The notes under the pieces were generated by a model. That model searched no databases, was not told the DNA's origin, and worked only from the letters and a program-made list of their open reading frames with translations. Positions 14,261 to 27,726 of a stretch of DNA of 64,000 bases are shown in pieces. This DNA is from Toensbergia leucococca (Eukaryota): contig JALDZS010000117.1 of assembly GCA_022813965.1 (NCBI GenBank), forward strand, positions 1 to 64,000, in the 5' to 3' direction. The position numbers and the translations under genes were made by a program. The first letter of the stretch is position 1, and each line of letters opens with the position of its first letter.

Positions 14261-16370
14261 ATTGTTATTTCAATACATTCATCACCGCAGCTAAAAACAT
14301 ACCTATTAACTCAAACCCCCTTCTCTTCACAACTTCCCCCCCCCAACCAACAACAACGCCGGCACCTCTCAGTTCCCGCAAAACCAGATCACATGTTTTT
14401 TTCCCCCTGAACTGAGCTTCAGAATTAGACGTGCTGGAAGATAACCCGGTTGGGTTTTTGGAACCAAGGTAGGGTAGTAGCTTAGCTAGAACGGGGGACA
14501 TTTGGGTTCAGGATGTTTTCACGCTGCTATTGTTAGGGTGAGAGAAGAAGGGGCGGGGGGGTGAGAGTTGAAATGAGAGAGATGTTGAGAGGGTTTGTGA
14601 GTGCTGTTTTGGGGACGGAGAGCGCGGGGGCTGTTGTTGTGTGGTGGGGGTTTGGGTTCTGTTGCTGTGGGGAAGGGGGGGGAATGAAGGGATGAATTAT
14701 CTGCTCTGTTGATCAAGGGATTTTCTTTTTGGATGAATGTTATATTCTTGTCAAGTCTCCTATTTCAAATAGCGAACTAACCAAGAAGAAAAAAAATCAG
14801 ATACTACAAGTGCAGAAGGGCAGCCTACCTATTCAGCGCCATCTAACACAAAACAAAGAAATACAGCTTTTATATCAAGGTAAAAAGAAACTGAAAGAAA
14901 GAGCTTGTAAAAATTTGTAGGTAAACAGAAGTATATATATATGAGGATGAATATTCAAAATCATGACATGGTACAAAACCCTCTTGATTTTTTGAAAGAA
15001 AGAAAAGGGGTCGTTCATACTCCGACGGACCAAAAATCAACTAAACAGAAAAGACTATTGACATTTTCAAAAGAAAGAGAGAATGTGCTTGTTACAATCA
15101 AGCAATCAAAAAACACATACATCAGATTCAACTCTCACAAAATTCTCATTTCCAACAATCTTCAGAAATCTCAGGAGAAAAAAAAAACCATTTCTCTTTC
15201 ATCACTCACTCAATAGTCATCAACCCTCAAAACTTTAACATGAAATCAAAATTGGAAGAAAAACAGAGATGATCAACAAACCTTCACCCCTCAAGGCTCC
15301 TCAGCTCCCGAAAAAAAAAACAACATTACACAACAAAGATGGATGAAGAAGGAAAAAACTAAAAAAAATAAGTTCACAACTCCTCAGCCCCCCTAGACCC
15401 AAAAAAACACTTGAAATTAGAATGCAACAAATAAAGGGTCAATGTTATGAAAATCCCGCCCGTTCTTGAATACTCACATGCTCAATTTTTAAGCCGCAAA
15501 ACGCAGGGCGTAGGATAGGTGAGCCGTACTCTTAGGTTGCGTGAACGTTGAGAGAGGAGGATGTGAGGGTGAGGGGGAGGGCTATTAGATAAATTATGCA
15601 AAAAGAAGAAGAAGAAGAAGAGGGAGAAGAAGCAGCGAGGAAAGATGGGAGGCACCTGGCAAGCACTTTCCCAACCAACACAATCAGGCAGAAAATGCCC
15701 ACAGCACACACCAACACTCATACCATCCCAAGACCAAAAAAAACCATCACCTCAAATACCAAACCCAACCCACCAAAATAAGAACGAATGATATATTACC
15801 TAGCGTAAACTATGCTCACAAACTACCTAAAAGCTTTGTTTTTTATCTAACCACTCACTCCTAACCTCCCCCCACCAACAACATATCTCGCTTTGCTTTC
15901 TCCTAAAAAAAATAAAAACAAAAAAAACAAGAGCGAAACCGCAAAAAAGAAAGAAAAAACAATCAACAACAACCCAGGGCGAAAAAATGTGATCAGACAG
16001 CCTCCCACCATCCCAAATGTTTACCGCAATCGCGTACGTACATACTAATGCGTCCTCCATGTGCCTGATATGATTACATGATTTGATGGCACCAAAAAGC
16101 CAGAGAGCGAAAGATGTTCAGGGAAGAAAGATGTACAAGCATCAAAGACGAAAAAACTGGAAAGATCGCTGAAATGACGCTAGAAGGGCGAAATGCAAGT
16201 GGTTCAGATAGCCGCCGAAGATTGGATTATGAAAAGGGCCGTGTTGGAAGCGGCAGGTGATGGAACAAATGTATGATCAAGCACAAGCTTCTCTTCCGAG
16301 CCAGCAGAAGCAAAAGGTCCAATGATCCGAACAAGCAGTGGCGTCCTCTACGCCGTGCCCAAGCCACCTC

Positions 16371-17786
16371 TTACATTCCCCTTCGATTCAACGCATTGAG
16401 CATATCACTATCCGTGCTCGTCCTGCCACCCTTACCGTCTCCTGGTCCTAGCATATCCCTTACACTCATACCAGCCCGCGACCCGCTACCATTACCACTG
16501 CCACTGTTCTCCCTTCCTGGCGCTGGTGGTGGCGTTCGCCCACTCTCCCTAGAAGGCAGGACTTGTGGTGGATGCAGACCAACAGGGAAAGCATACCCAG
16601 AAGCAGACGATGTGCTGCCATGTGGGGAACCCGATGCTCGAGCGTCGTATGAGTAAGATGACTGTGGTGAAGAACGACGTGCTGACGGTTGCTGATGTTG
16701 TTGCGGAGGATAGTATGGCTGTTGACTTGGTTGCGTTGGGTAGGATTGGTAGGAAGTTGCTGATGAGGCTGGTGAGGTAGGGACGAACTGACTTGGATCC
16801 GGGTATTCGAACTGGCTACCGCCGCTGGGTGAGCCACGGCGACCGCCAGCCAATCCAGACGGAGGCCCCTGCTGCTCGAGATAGGGATGTGAGGACGATG
16901 CTGATGTTTGAGGAGGGGGAGGGACAGCAGGATGGGATGTCTCGTCGGTACGGGGACGTTTGCGACTCACTTGCTTTTGAGGATGAGAGGGCTGTTGAGG
17001 GCCTCGATCATCATAAACAGGTCCTTGATACGGGTGTGTTGGTGAGATTAACGGATAGCCATGTGATGGCTGGGGTGGATAATTAGGATCTTGATGAGGC
17101 ATGGGGCCTAGAGGTTGACCATGTGCCCCGTAAATGACGGGTGGGCCTTGTTGAGGGTAGATAGGCCGGCCACCACGTTGTGATGACATATTTCCAGCGT
17201 TTCGCAAGTGTGGATATGCAGTATGCGCGGGCACAAAGGCTTGCGCTTGTGATGACACGGGTGTGAAGATGCATTCCTGCTGAAATCTTTGACAATTGGT
17301 GCAGCGACCATCGTCGGATGCTTCGAAACCTGAGCAGCGGATCTAGAATTGATCAATATTGAGCAACGCAGTTGTCAATGTTATTCACTCACTTTGCGCC
17401 TCCTGCAATATCGACAGGCGATTGCTGTGCGTTGCCTTGGTGCTGGTTGCTGGCTGTAGTTCATGTGTTGAGGTGGACCACGATGTGGATCTTGGGGGTG
17501 TCCTGAATACATGTCGTATGGGCGGTAGAGATCTTGATGCTGGTGGGGAGGGGGCGGTAGGGTAACCATATCTCCTTGGCCTGAAGTAGAAGAGTTTGAG
17601 TAGGGCTGTGAAGAAGGATGTCCCTGCAGCGGCTGTCAACGGATGGCTTTTCCCGAGGTCACACATAACACAGAGACGTACCTCGTAATTCGGTGCTTGA
17701 GAGGGCGGTGGATATGCGCCTCTCGGTGGTTGGCTTTCCCACTGTGGAGGCGGATACTGTCCCTGATGATTTGGGTCGCTGGACAT
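16371..17786 (-). CDS. Zn(II)2Cys6 transcription factor, tentatively McrA-like (3 exons; introns 17624-17681 and 17343-17392)
   Basis: Spliced product reads QQPAPRQRTAIACRYCRRRK|IRCSGFEASDDGRCTNCQRFQQECIFTPVSSQAQAFVPAHTAYPHLRN, followed by a P/Q/S-rich tail ending DSDMLNALNRRGM. The McrA likeness is from memory of the motif and was not searched. Confidence 0.9.
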
Positions 17787-20700
17787 TGGCAGGCTCGGTG
17801 GCGAAATCCTCAACAGCTTCCCTGGGACTGGTAGATGTGGTGTTCACTATTGTTGTAGTACCATGTTCGTAGAGCTTGGAACGGGGCCGGAAGTCGGAGT
17901 GAAAGTGGGAAATTCAAGAGGATGTGGATGACGGCGAGGTGTCCTTGACCAGGCCGTGAGAGGTGTCGTTGGAGGTCAATGTGGATGTTGAATCGCGTTT
18001 GGGAATTGGATTGGGTGATGTTGACGGTTTTATTGGACGAGGGTCTTAATTTCAAGGATGAAAATATTGGTGGTTAAAAGGCAGGACCCAGCAGAAAGGT
18101 TCGCGGGTACTTGGGACGAAGCCGGGTCTGGGACAGTGGAACTATCGACAGAAGGAGGGGGGGCGGCTGACTCTGAAGTTCCCCACGGAAGAACAGAGTA
18201 GAATGTTAAGAAGCGTCTACCGGATGAGGTATAAGGTGTGAGGGATGAGGTATGAGAGATGAGGTGATAGGTGTTTACTTCCGTTCACCTTACTTTAGCC
18301 AGCCTATCTTCGCCGTCTCAATGGTCATCCCGTTCCGCGTCCGTTACCGCCACCAATGCACCAGTGAAAGTCGTTAGGGACTCGTTTGTCCAACGGGACA
18401 CAGTAAAAAGGACAATGGATGGCTGTGTTTTGTGTTTTATGCAGCTCAGGTATGCTGACCACTTGGCTCGCCGAAGGATGCACTTTTCAATTGTTCAAAA
18501 TGCCATTTTCGAGTCCGAGCGGTGCCCTTCCCCATTCAGAATACGAACAGCGAACAGCGAACAATCACCAACAGTCCACAAACCGCTAGATTATCACAAT
18601 CCGCAAGCGGAGCAGAGACTTGGCTTTTGTAGTATATGCTAGGGAGCCTCGTAGCTTCCACTCTCAAGTCCAACCCTGGCAGTCATACGCGCAGGGATTT
18701 CCCAATGGTGTTGGTTGAAGCCGAAGCACCACCATGTAAATTCATGCACGAAGGCTCAGCCCGCCGCTTCCTCGCTGATTTTAGTCTGTCTGGGCTTGCT
18801 AAGGTCGTTGCTACAGCCTATTGGATTGGCCTAGCCGACGGTCACATTACCACCTATTCCTGTATGTATGGATGACGCAGCTGCAAATGCACAACCTGCA
18901 TTGCATAAGGCAAGGAATATCCCAAACCAATCCGACGAGCCTGCCTAACAAGTACACGGCCCTCACTCCGACTACGTACAAATACTTTCCTGAGTGCATC
19001 CTAGCATCGAGAAGAAGCAATTAACACCAACCACTGACGAAACACAGCGTCGACGATCCTTCTCCAGAGCGCGGGAAGCCAGGCAAGGGTGCCACGCGAC
19101 AACTCTACTAGTCCCAGCCAGATATACTAAGGGGGTGCCGTCTGCTTGCATCAGCTTCATTCATCATCACAATGAGATCAACGGTGGGGGTCAATTGGCC
19201 TCAAAACCAGCCGCCACGGTGCCATGGTGCCATGGTCGCACAGACGGCATCTTCTCTATCAACCCCGTCTTAATGTTGCTTCGCCATTGTTTCATCGCCG
19301 CGTTAAACCGCTCCTTACCGTCTGGGACGCCATAAACATTCCCCCAAATCCAACAGAAGTTTTGGCAAAAGAAAATTGTCTTCTGAAGACGAGAGTCGGT
19401 GATGCCTTCCGGCGCTTGGGATTGATCAAATTAGGTACCTACCCAATTTATTGTTTCAGCACCATGTCACCTCTTGACTACCCTACCAATGGGACCTTGC
19501 TTTGCGCCAAGCATGGAAAGAAAACCAATCAATCGTAGCCTGCCTACAGCGTAAGCGAGCTTTTGGGCAGCAACACCGCACATGTCAGGTTGCTCGGGAG
19601 GATCTCCAAGCGCATGACGCACTTTAGCGTAGAACCAACTCAGGGGAAGCGTAGAAAAAGGTACTTAGAAAGTACTATTTGTGCAGCGGTTTCTGACCCG
19701 GTGAGTCGGTGACGAGCTTTGGTAACCGAATTGGCGTAGGCCTAAGGGTTCCTGAATCTTGCACAGTGCTTCAATAGAATTACCTGTCTCCATCTTCATC
19801 TCAAAAAACCATCGGAATCGCTTGCACGTAATCACGGCCTGGGCAAAGTGGCGTGCCGACATTTTGAGGTAAGGGTAAGGGCGTAAGGAATAGAGGGGCC
19901 GAGAGTCGCCCATTGTGAATGATTGCCAATTACCATATACCCCTGACAACGCTAGGATTCTCGACACCATGTGTTCAATAATCCACAATTTTCGGTAGGG
20001 AATATGCCATACCTAACCTCATTAAAATCCGCTGAGTTCTACATCCTGGAAAATTCAATGACATTATTCTGTAAGGGCACGTCTAATATGCGGTCCACTT
20101 GATGGCTCCGAACTGACGGGTCGAGACGAAGATGCCATGTGTTCTGTGCTCGAGGCGGGACGGGAGGCTTGCATAAAGCAGGATGTTGGCAGCATGCGGC
20201 ACTCGGGCGCTTGCCAATTCACGCCCCTTCTCCCCTCATTTCCCAGCTGGGTTAGATGAATCCGAGATCTTCGATCGAAACAATTCCGTAATAACGGCCC
20301 ACTTTGTTTTTTTACTGACGACAACATGGCGACGGCTCACAATCATTCACCATCATTGGTCTTGTGATGGTTCTCCACCGCAGGAGCTGTGCCGCACATG
20401 ATATTCTAATAATCGTGTGGTGAGTCTGGAAGGATTGAGCAACATTTGCATTCCTGTTTGGTACGAGCAACAAAAGAAACTTTGCTCCGAAGCCTAATCT
20501 AGGCTGATCAGGTGGAGGCCAAAATGCTAATGCAGTACTTGTATTTAGACTTTGACTCGGCACCGCAAGAATCCAGCTTCTAACTCATTGGTATGCGCTT
20601 CTCCTGCAGGTAAGACGCATCCCTCACACCGCCACCTGGTTGTTTCTTGGACTTGCTGGATTTGTCTGCTCCTCGCATGAAGTGGACCGACTCCCTTGCG

Positions 20701-21930
20701 CCCTGATTGCTGACGGCCCGCTCCGGTAGACCCCAGTGCCGATGAGAGAAAATCTAGGTAGTTGAACGAATTCTTGGTTTACCTTGGAAGCCTTAGAAAA
20801 TAACCGAGATGTTCTTGACGTCAAGCAGCAATCAGCAGGCCCCACTCCAGAAATTGTTGATTGTGAGACCTTCAGGGATAATTCGCCTCCTTGTCGGTCG
20901 GCTCTTGGGCGTCAATAGCCATGGATATCGCCTTTAATAATGTCTGCTTTCGAACTTCTAATTGACTCCCGGCCCCGCCGCAAGCTCCTACCAAAGTTGG
21001 ATAGTAAAGCATAAAGGATTGAATCGGCCAATTCGATGTAAACGAAAGAGATCAGGTCAGATGACTGTTGAACTATGCGGGCCTAAGAAGTAGGGTCCGA
21101 TGCGTTACTCATAAAACTGCATGTAATTCGCGGAAAGAATAGTGAGCGGGCCGTGGCCAAGGCAAACTATGTCATAATCTCCAAGGCTCAAGCCAAAGAT
21201 GGTGAGACAATAAATAACGAAGGGCCTTCTTACACGTAAAGGATCCAGTGTAATATCATGGTGCAGGTGTGTGGAACAAAAGTATGTTATAATGGGCTTC
21301 AGGTGTGGATATTGTGACGAGTCGTACAGACACCAACTCAAAAGGCATGCCTACCATGCATGAAGTTGGCACAAGCACAGTAGCGTTGAGCTGTTTTGAA
21401 TAAATTGTTGCGTGGAAGTAGGAGGTAGGAGGCAGGGTATCTGATCCTGAGCACGAGAGATACAGATAAGCGATGATCATAGAGTGGTAAGAGGCAAGTT
21501 TTTGTGTCACGGCGGAAAGGAACGGAGACGGAATTTTCCATTGGTAGATTGATCGCTTGGAACCCTAGTCCTGTCCTATCCACCTACCTTACTCTCAAGT
21601 CTCAACAATCTAACTCCAAAACTTCTCTGACGCTATGCATATCTGTTGTATCCATAGGTAAGGTATGTACCGAGGCCTAATTGTGCTTTGTCATGGCTCA
21701 TATTGAAACTTCAAATCATCAATGACACTGGCTGCAACCTAGGTGTCCAACAACGTCCATCAACGCAATTCGCTATGCTAAGATACAAAGAATTGGAACC
21801 ATTCCCTCATCGCACATCTATGCTTCACTAATTTGATATTCCAAAGCCTTCGACTGGTATGCCAATGAGCATCAAGCTTAGCCACTAATTCTGTCCTCGG
21901 CAACCGATATCATATGTAATAATCGCACCA

Positions 21931-23798
21931 TTACTCCTTCACTTCTTCAGCTGTAGGCAGGTCGATAGCACGATACAATAGAATCAATGCAGAATGGCTC
22001 TCCCCTGATGAGGAAACGTCAGTCACTAAGTCTAGGCAAAATCCACCAAGAAATACATACCACCACCTGACAAGCTTTCAATCTTGTCCGCCTCAACCTC
22101 TGAGACTCTATCATCGTTGAACCACCACCACTTCCCATCCTCTTCTTTCCTCTTCCCAGTCTTGGCATCCAACACTCCTTGCTTCTTCACATACGAGGTG
22201 TAATGACCGCTATCCGCGCTCGCCCCCTGATGAGTAACCAACCCTCTCAGTTCATAGAGTCCAGATTTATTCGCTCCCTCGTCCGCTGCCAATTCCGGGT
22301 TGATCAAGGAAAACAACTCCTTCTTGCCTGCCAATATCGACGCAGCGTGCTCAGCATCATATTCAGCATCAGTCTTGTAGATAGCATCAGCCATCTCCGT
22401 GTCACCGTCAGCCTTCTTTTCAGCCTGTTTGTCATTCACCAGCTTGTTCTCATCTGCAGGTCCCTTCGCCTTTAAGTCTATCTCCCGATCTTCCTGCTGC
22501 TTATGAGCTAGCTTTTGTCTCTTTCGAGCACGAACAACATCCTCCTCGTCCTTACGAACTTCACGAACTTTGTCGCGTACCGGGGCAAGTTGCTTCCGTA
22601 ATTTTTCCGTGCAGAATTCTACAATATCTAATTCAGGAGGGAAAGAAACTTTGCGCATGATTTTTGCTTTCTTCTGAGCCTCTCGCTTCCAGAAGAAGCG
22701 AACAAAGTGAACGGTGAGATACTTGGGTAGGCGTGCAATACGAGATTTCTTTGTGTAGACGGCGTCTCGGTCAAGAAAGGGTGATTTCTTCTCGATCTTT
22801 TCCTCCAAGCCACTCAAAATACCGTCTCGTAGGTGATTGATATCCTTGTTGATGTGACAGTCAAGCTTTAGAAAGACGTCCTCGCTTTGCACTGGCTCCT
22901 CCCCCGCTTCCTTGGCTGCTAGCTCGTCACACTCTAAAGTGGACTCGAAACGGCCGGCAAGGTATTTGTCAACAAAAGATACACTCACATGTTCTTGAAT
23001 GGAGGAATTCTCACTGCTTTCGGCAGAGTCTTTGATTTTCAACTTTGACCGCAGTTGTGAGACAATCTGAGACCACGCTTCCTCGGCATCCTGCTGTGCA
23101 TATCCGTGTCCAGTCTTCGCTTTCTGGGCAAACTGTGGAAAAAGCTGCCTCAAGGAATAGAGAAATGTAAATGGTGGAAATCCTTCCTGGGTCTCAGACA
23201 TTTGCTTGTACAAATCCCTCAGAGCGGCTGTAAGATCAATGGGAAGTCCTCCAAGACCGGATTGAGCAAAGCCGGAATCTCCAGATGAGTTCGACCCTGC
23301 CCCAACTGTAGACGCAGAGTACTTCAGTAGTTCATCTTGTAGTTCAGGCACAGACCGTAACGTTTGCAGAGTTGAGTTGAGATAGCATGTGTTGCCCAGA
23401 TTTTGTAGACCAGCAGGAGTTGCTCCTTCAGCCTTTGCTGCTTCTGCCTCGGTCATATCTTCCATGAATTTCACATTCTCTTTTGGTCGCTCGAATACTC
23501 CAGTGCTATCTCCACCCGAAGGAGTGCCCATCATCATGAATATTTGGCCGGGTTTTGCCCCTAGTGTCGAAAGATCTGTCTCATCCTTGAGCTGCCCACC
23601 CTTGACAAGGATCTTTTGCCGATCTGGCTCTACGCCAGTTAGAGAATATAGCTGGTACTTGAACGTCTCGCCGGTGGAAGATGGATCTAGCTCCACTTCA
23701 TGCCGCTTTCCTTGGTGCTTAACGATTACTTGTACATGAAATTAGCATCGGTAAGTCTCGGAAAAAGCATGAGTTATGATACCTGGGATAGCAGCCAT
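21931..23798 (-). CDS. UBP6: Ubiquitin carboxyl-terminal hydrolase Ubp6/USP14 (3 exons; introns 23729-23782 and 22005-22060)
   Basis: N-terminal UBL domain (VKHQGK..FKYQLYSLTGVEPDRQKILVKGG), Cys box GLQNLGNTCYLNS, QQDAEE, His box HQGASADSGHY, C-terminal GGGESHSALILLYR after splicing. Confidence 0.95.
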
Positions 23799-24367
23799 GA
23801 TGCCAACCTGCTGAGCAAATGAGACGTTGTACGTATTTCCTTGGACTGGAAAAGTTCGTGTTCCTCAGTACTTACGAATACCTGCACTAAGGTATCTTAC
23901 AGTGAAAAGTGCGTCAAGCTAACCTGATCAGGAACACCAAACATTTTGATCCTACCAACAGCAGAAATCGACCTTAGTAGGAGTTGAAAAGGTAAATACA
24001 GATGTATTGGGCTGTCACGACTACCAATTATCTACGGAGTTGATGAACAAATGTTGAAGTAAAGGGAAGTTTCTGTGGGCGGATTTGAGTGTCGCCGATT
24101 AGGTTAGCGTAGTGCACGGTTGCACTTCCCAGTACTTTATTTTTCTCAACTCTAAAGTTTGCCCAGTCTTACCGACGCTCCGACTGAATCAGCAGCTTCA
24201 AATGTCAACTCCTTCAACACTTAACATGCATGCAAGAAGCTGATCAAACACTGTATTTCATGAATCGCCTCACCTTCAGCTACACATTGGCGTACTCACA
24301 GTGTTAAATTTCGTCCATCTTGGTGCCTAACGACGACATTGTCTTCCGGAAGTTTGAATTTGTCGCA

Positions 24368-25096
24368 ATGGTGAGACAAGACCTGGACACTGGTTTTGCC
24401 TGGTTATACAAGGATAGCTGACATTGCCAATGTAGTCGCAGTCATTGCGCCCCTATTTGCAATGCGTCCGCTCGTCCCTCGCTGCCGCCCTCTCCTTGTC
24501 AAATTTTGCATCACAGACGTCAGAAAGACACAACGTCCCAGAGATTGAGGCAGCTAGCTGTCCTGAAGTTCTACTAAACCCGCTCACCGTTTCTCGGAAT
24601 GAGAATGAAAAGGTTCTGATCGAGCCCAGTATCAACAGCGTGCGGGTCAGCATCAAGATCAAGCAGGCGGATGAGATAGAGAATATATTGGTCCACAAGT
24701 TTACAAGGTTCTTGACCCAAAGAGCTGAAGCCTTTTTCATTTTGCGAAGGAAGGCCATCAAGGTTTGTGAATCTGCCTCCAAGGGTGCTTGGAAGGCGTT
24801 GATGATCGGGCACAGGGGTATGACATATCCTTCTTAATCACGAACGTTCACACCGAAGAGATGCTCAAGCATAAACTTGTGGATTTCATCATACAATTCA
24901 TGGAAGAAGTGGACAAGGAGATATCAGAGATGAAACTTTTCGTACGTACCCTCGACCATTGATTAATCTCCCCTCTATGCTGACTAAACCAGTTGAATGC
25001 AAGAGCTCGGTTCGTAGCGGAATCGTTCCTGACTCCAGTATGTGCCCTTGCAACTCCAGGTAAGGAAAGGCTAAATATTGGATATAGTTTGATTAG
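24368..25096 (+). CDS. ARC19: Arp2/3 complex 20 kDa subunit ARPC4 (5 exons; introns 24371-24435, 24763-24815, 24942-24992, 25038-25087)
   Basis: [49 protein letters not shown]..|[42 protein letters not shown]; all splice sites canonical. Confidence 0.95.
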
Positions 25097-27726
25097 GTTG
25101 CGTGTATTGCACAAAGAAAGTGTCAAATGCCGAATACAGCCATTCAGACCGTTCTTGCGATAAGCTACTCTAGGATCAAGATCCTCATATCTCATGCTTG
25201 GTGCCACATGCTGGTCTCCCTCAGGTGACAAGTTTGTCGTGACCAGGAGAGATACAAGCGATATAAAAAGCGTCCATTGCAAAGCTCAAGCTAGGCTTCC
25301 ATGGAAATCACGTATGTTGCTTTTGTAGTCTCGAAGATCTCCCATCAATCTGTGTTTGTCCTCGGCACCTATCTTGTTTTTACATTCAGCAGCATCAGCG
25401 GCTACTAGCCAGAATTGTAAGTAGAGGAATCGTGGCGTCGCTGACATCGCTTTTTTGCTCAATCTCCCTGAAATGTCATACATCTCATGCGTAGACTAGA
25501 TACAAGTCCGCAGATAGACGTTATTTGTGTTTCCTTCTTCAAAGCTTCCCTAATTTTGTAAGACTCGGAATTCAAAGTATGCCTGTATTGAAGGGGTGAT
25601 AGTATGTCCATCCCAGATTTCTCAATTCAATGCCCAGCGACAGGGCCCAAGGAAAAGTCCATTGCTGAAACCCATAACCAGTACAGGGTGCAGAGGGAAT
25701 ATGGAGGCGGCATTGGTGATCCGAATTGTGAAGGTACGCATTGTAAACTCCAAGAAGGAAGAAAGATCTACTCCAGTTGTGGGAGGCTGCTGCTAAGCTT
25801 CAGTGTGGATAGGAGAGCCCTTGAAATCTCTGGCCGAAGTTCTGGCGGGCTATCACTACGGTCAAATATCGTTGAAACCGCAGCAAGGAAGTTCTCTAAT
25901 CCATGAGGAATAGTTTGTCCAAGCTGGGATCCCCCTCGGAGGTCTCTGTTTGTCGCAATTTGTTGCGCGCTTTGTACTGGGGACTGGCTGCCAACAGAGA
26001 CATCCGGACCCCAGCAGTCACAAGGTAAGCATGGTGAGTGTGCTCCCAGAGCGTCAAAGATGTTGTCAGTGCTACTAGCCTTTGGTGTCTCGGCCACTCA
26101 CATGAGTCTTGATGCGCGTCCTTTCGAATGTTATCCTCTGAGCTGAAGATTTCTTCGTTGCTAAAGCCAAATGAAGTTCTTCTCTATGTGCTTTGTGTTT
26201 TACGGCCGTTCATCTGACCAAGTACTGTCAAAGTGTGCAATTTCAATCCACTGCAGTCGCAGGACGGAAGTTGTGACTCTTCGTTTGACAGTCCTTAGGC
26301 TTCTCTTGAAAGGGAGCTGTCCAAGCAATCTCAAACGTTGGAGTGATGACTTTCATTGATTGTTTTTTTCACTCATCAAAGGACCAAGCCTGTAAAGGGT
26401 TGTCTCATGAGTAGGATTCAGTCTCTTCACGGCCTTGGACGACGAGAGAACGGTCCAACTGAGTCCTCAGTCTGTGACTGGTTTCTGTAATGTCGACAGT
26501 CGCATTAGAAGCGGACCCAGTGACTACTTCGTGCCCCTGATTTGCACATACTGTACATGACGGCTTCAACAAGCTGACCGCGGCGGGACCAGGTTTTGTT
26601 CTGCTTTGTGATGCTTTGGAAAAGGAGATTTCGATGTGTGTGTGTGTGCAATCTGCCGTTGAAGCTAGCTGTCTATTCGAGGATGCGCCCTATTCTCTAC
26701 AAGTCGCGTTGTTGTCGGACTAGGATTGAATTGCCATCCTGCTGGTTTCGAAGTCTTTCCTGGAATCAATTGTCAGTCATCTGTCGTCATCCCTGCTGGC
26801 TCTAGCCACTTCATCCAGCGCTCAATCATCTTCCTGATGATGGTTCCATTAGTTTCTCAAAATCCTGAAAGATATTCTCAGATCAACGAGACCTTGTCAA
26901 CAAGGCAACATAGGTAAGCGAGGCGCTTTCCTTTGAATGACTGCCCCTGAGCCTAGAGGAGCAATGCTTACAGAGATGACCATTCGAGATTCAGGAAAAG
27001 TACTTTGAGATATAGCAGGCTTCTAACAGCTGATAACAGTTTACCTCGTCAGGTGTTGAGGTTCAGAATGACAGAGAATTTCAAAATACGCTAGTGTTCT
27101 CAAATGAGGGTTTGTAAATTGCCGGTGCCCAATGAAACACAGATACACCACCTTTCTCTTCTACACCCCACATCCATCTTCAAAACATCCGTCACCTTAC
27201 CACAATATCCCCCAGACTATGTGAGTACTTGCTACATTCTCTCCTTGTCCCGAAGAAAGCTTTCCCATACATCCTCTGCAGCTGCGGGGGAAGCCCTCAT
27301 CTTGGCACCAAGCTGTCACACTGACTTTCATCTCAACGTTAGCTCTGGAAATTGCCTTCTAAGGGTACTGGAAGACTCCATCCACCTTTGCAACATCGTA
27401 GTGGTCTCTTACACCGACCTTGAAGTGTGGCCTAGTGGCTTCAGCTTCTTGACATCAGTAAGTCTTCAGATTCCCTTTTCCCAACACTTTCTCAACACCT
27501 TCGTCATGCACGGGCCCAACTTTTCCTGGCTTCACTGCAGTGTTTGGGATTCACACAAGTCCTACCTCTATCTCAAGTCCACACCTCAACTCCATACCTC
27601 AACTCCACACCTCAGCTCCATAACCCCATTCTCTCACCTTGATGCAACCTCGACTACGAATTGCTCAGCCCATTTCGCCTCACTAACGCTGATCACTTTA
27701 ATATCTCCAGCAGAGCACTCTAAAAC

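Noticed and set aside
14138..14415. E/K/R-rich ORFs
   Set aside because: Translations of the GAA microsatellite starting at non-ATG codons.
3756..17786. Secondary-metabolite cluster suggested by two C6 factors plus a reductase
   Set aside because: No PKS, NRPS or terpene backbone gene in the window, the reductase is dead, and the neighbours are housekeeping genes.
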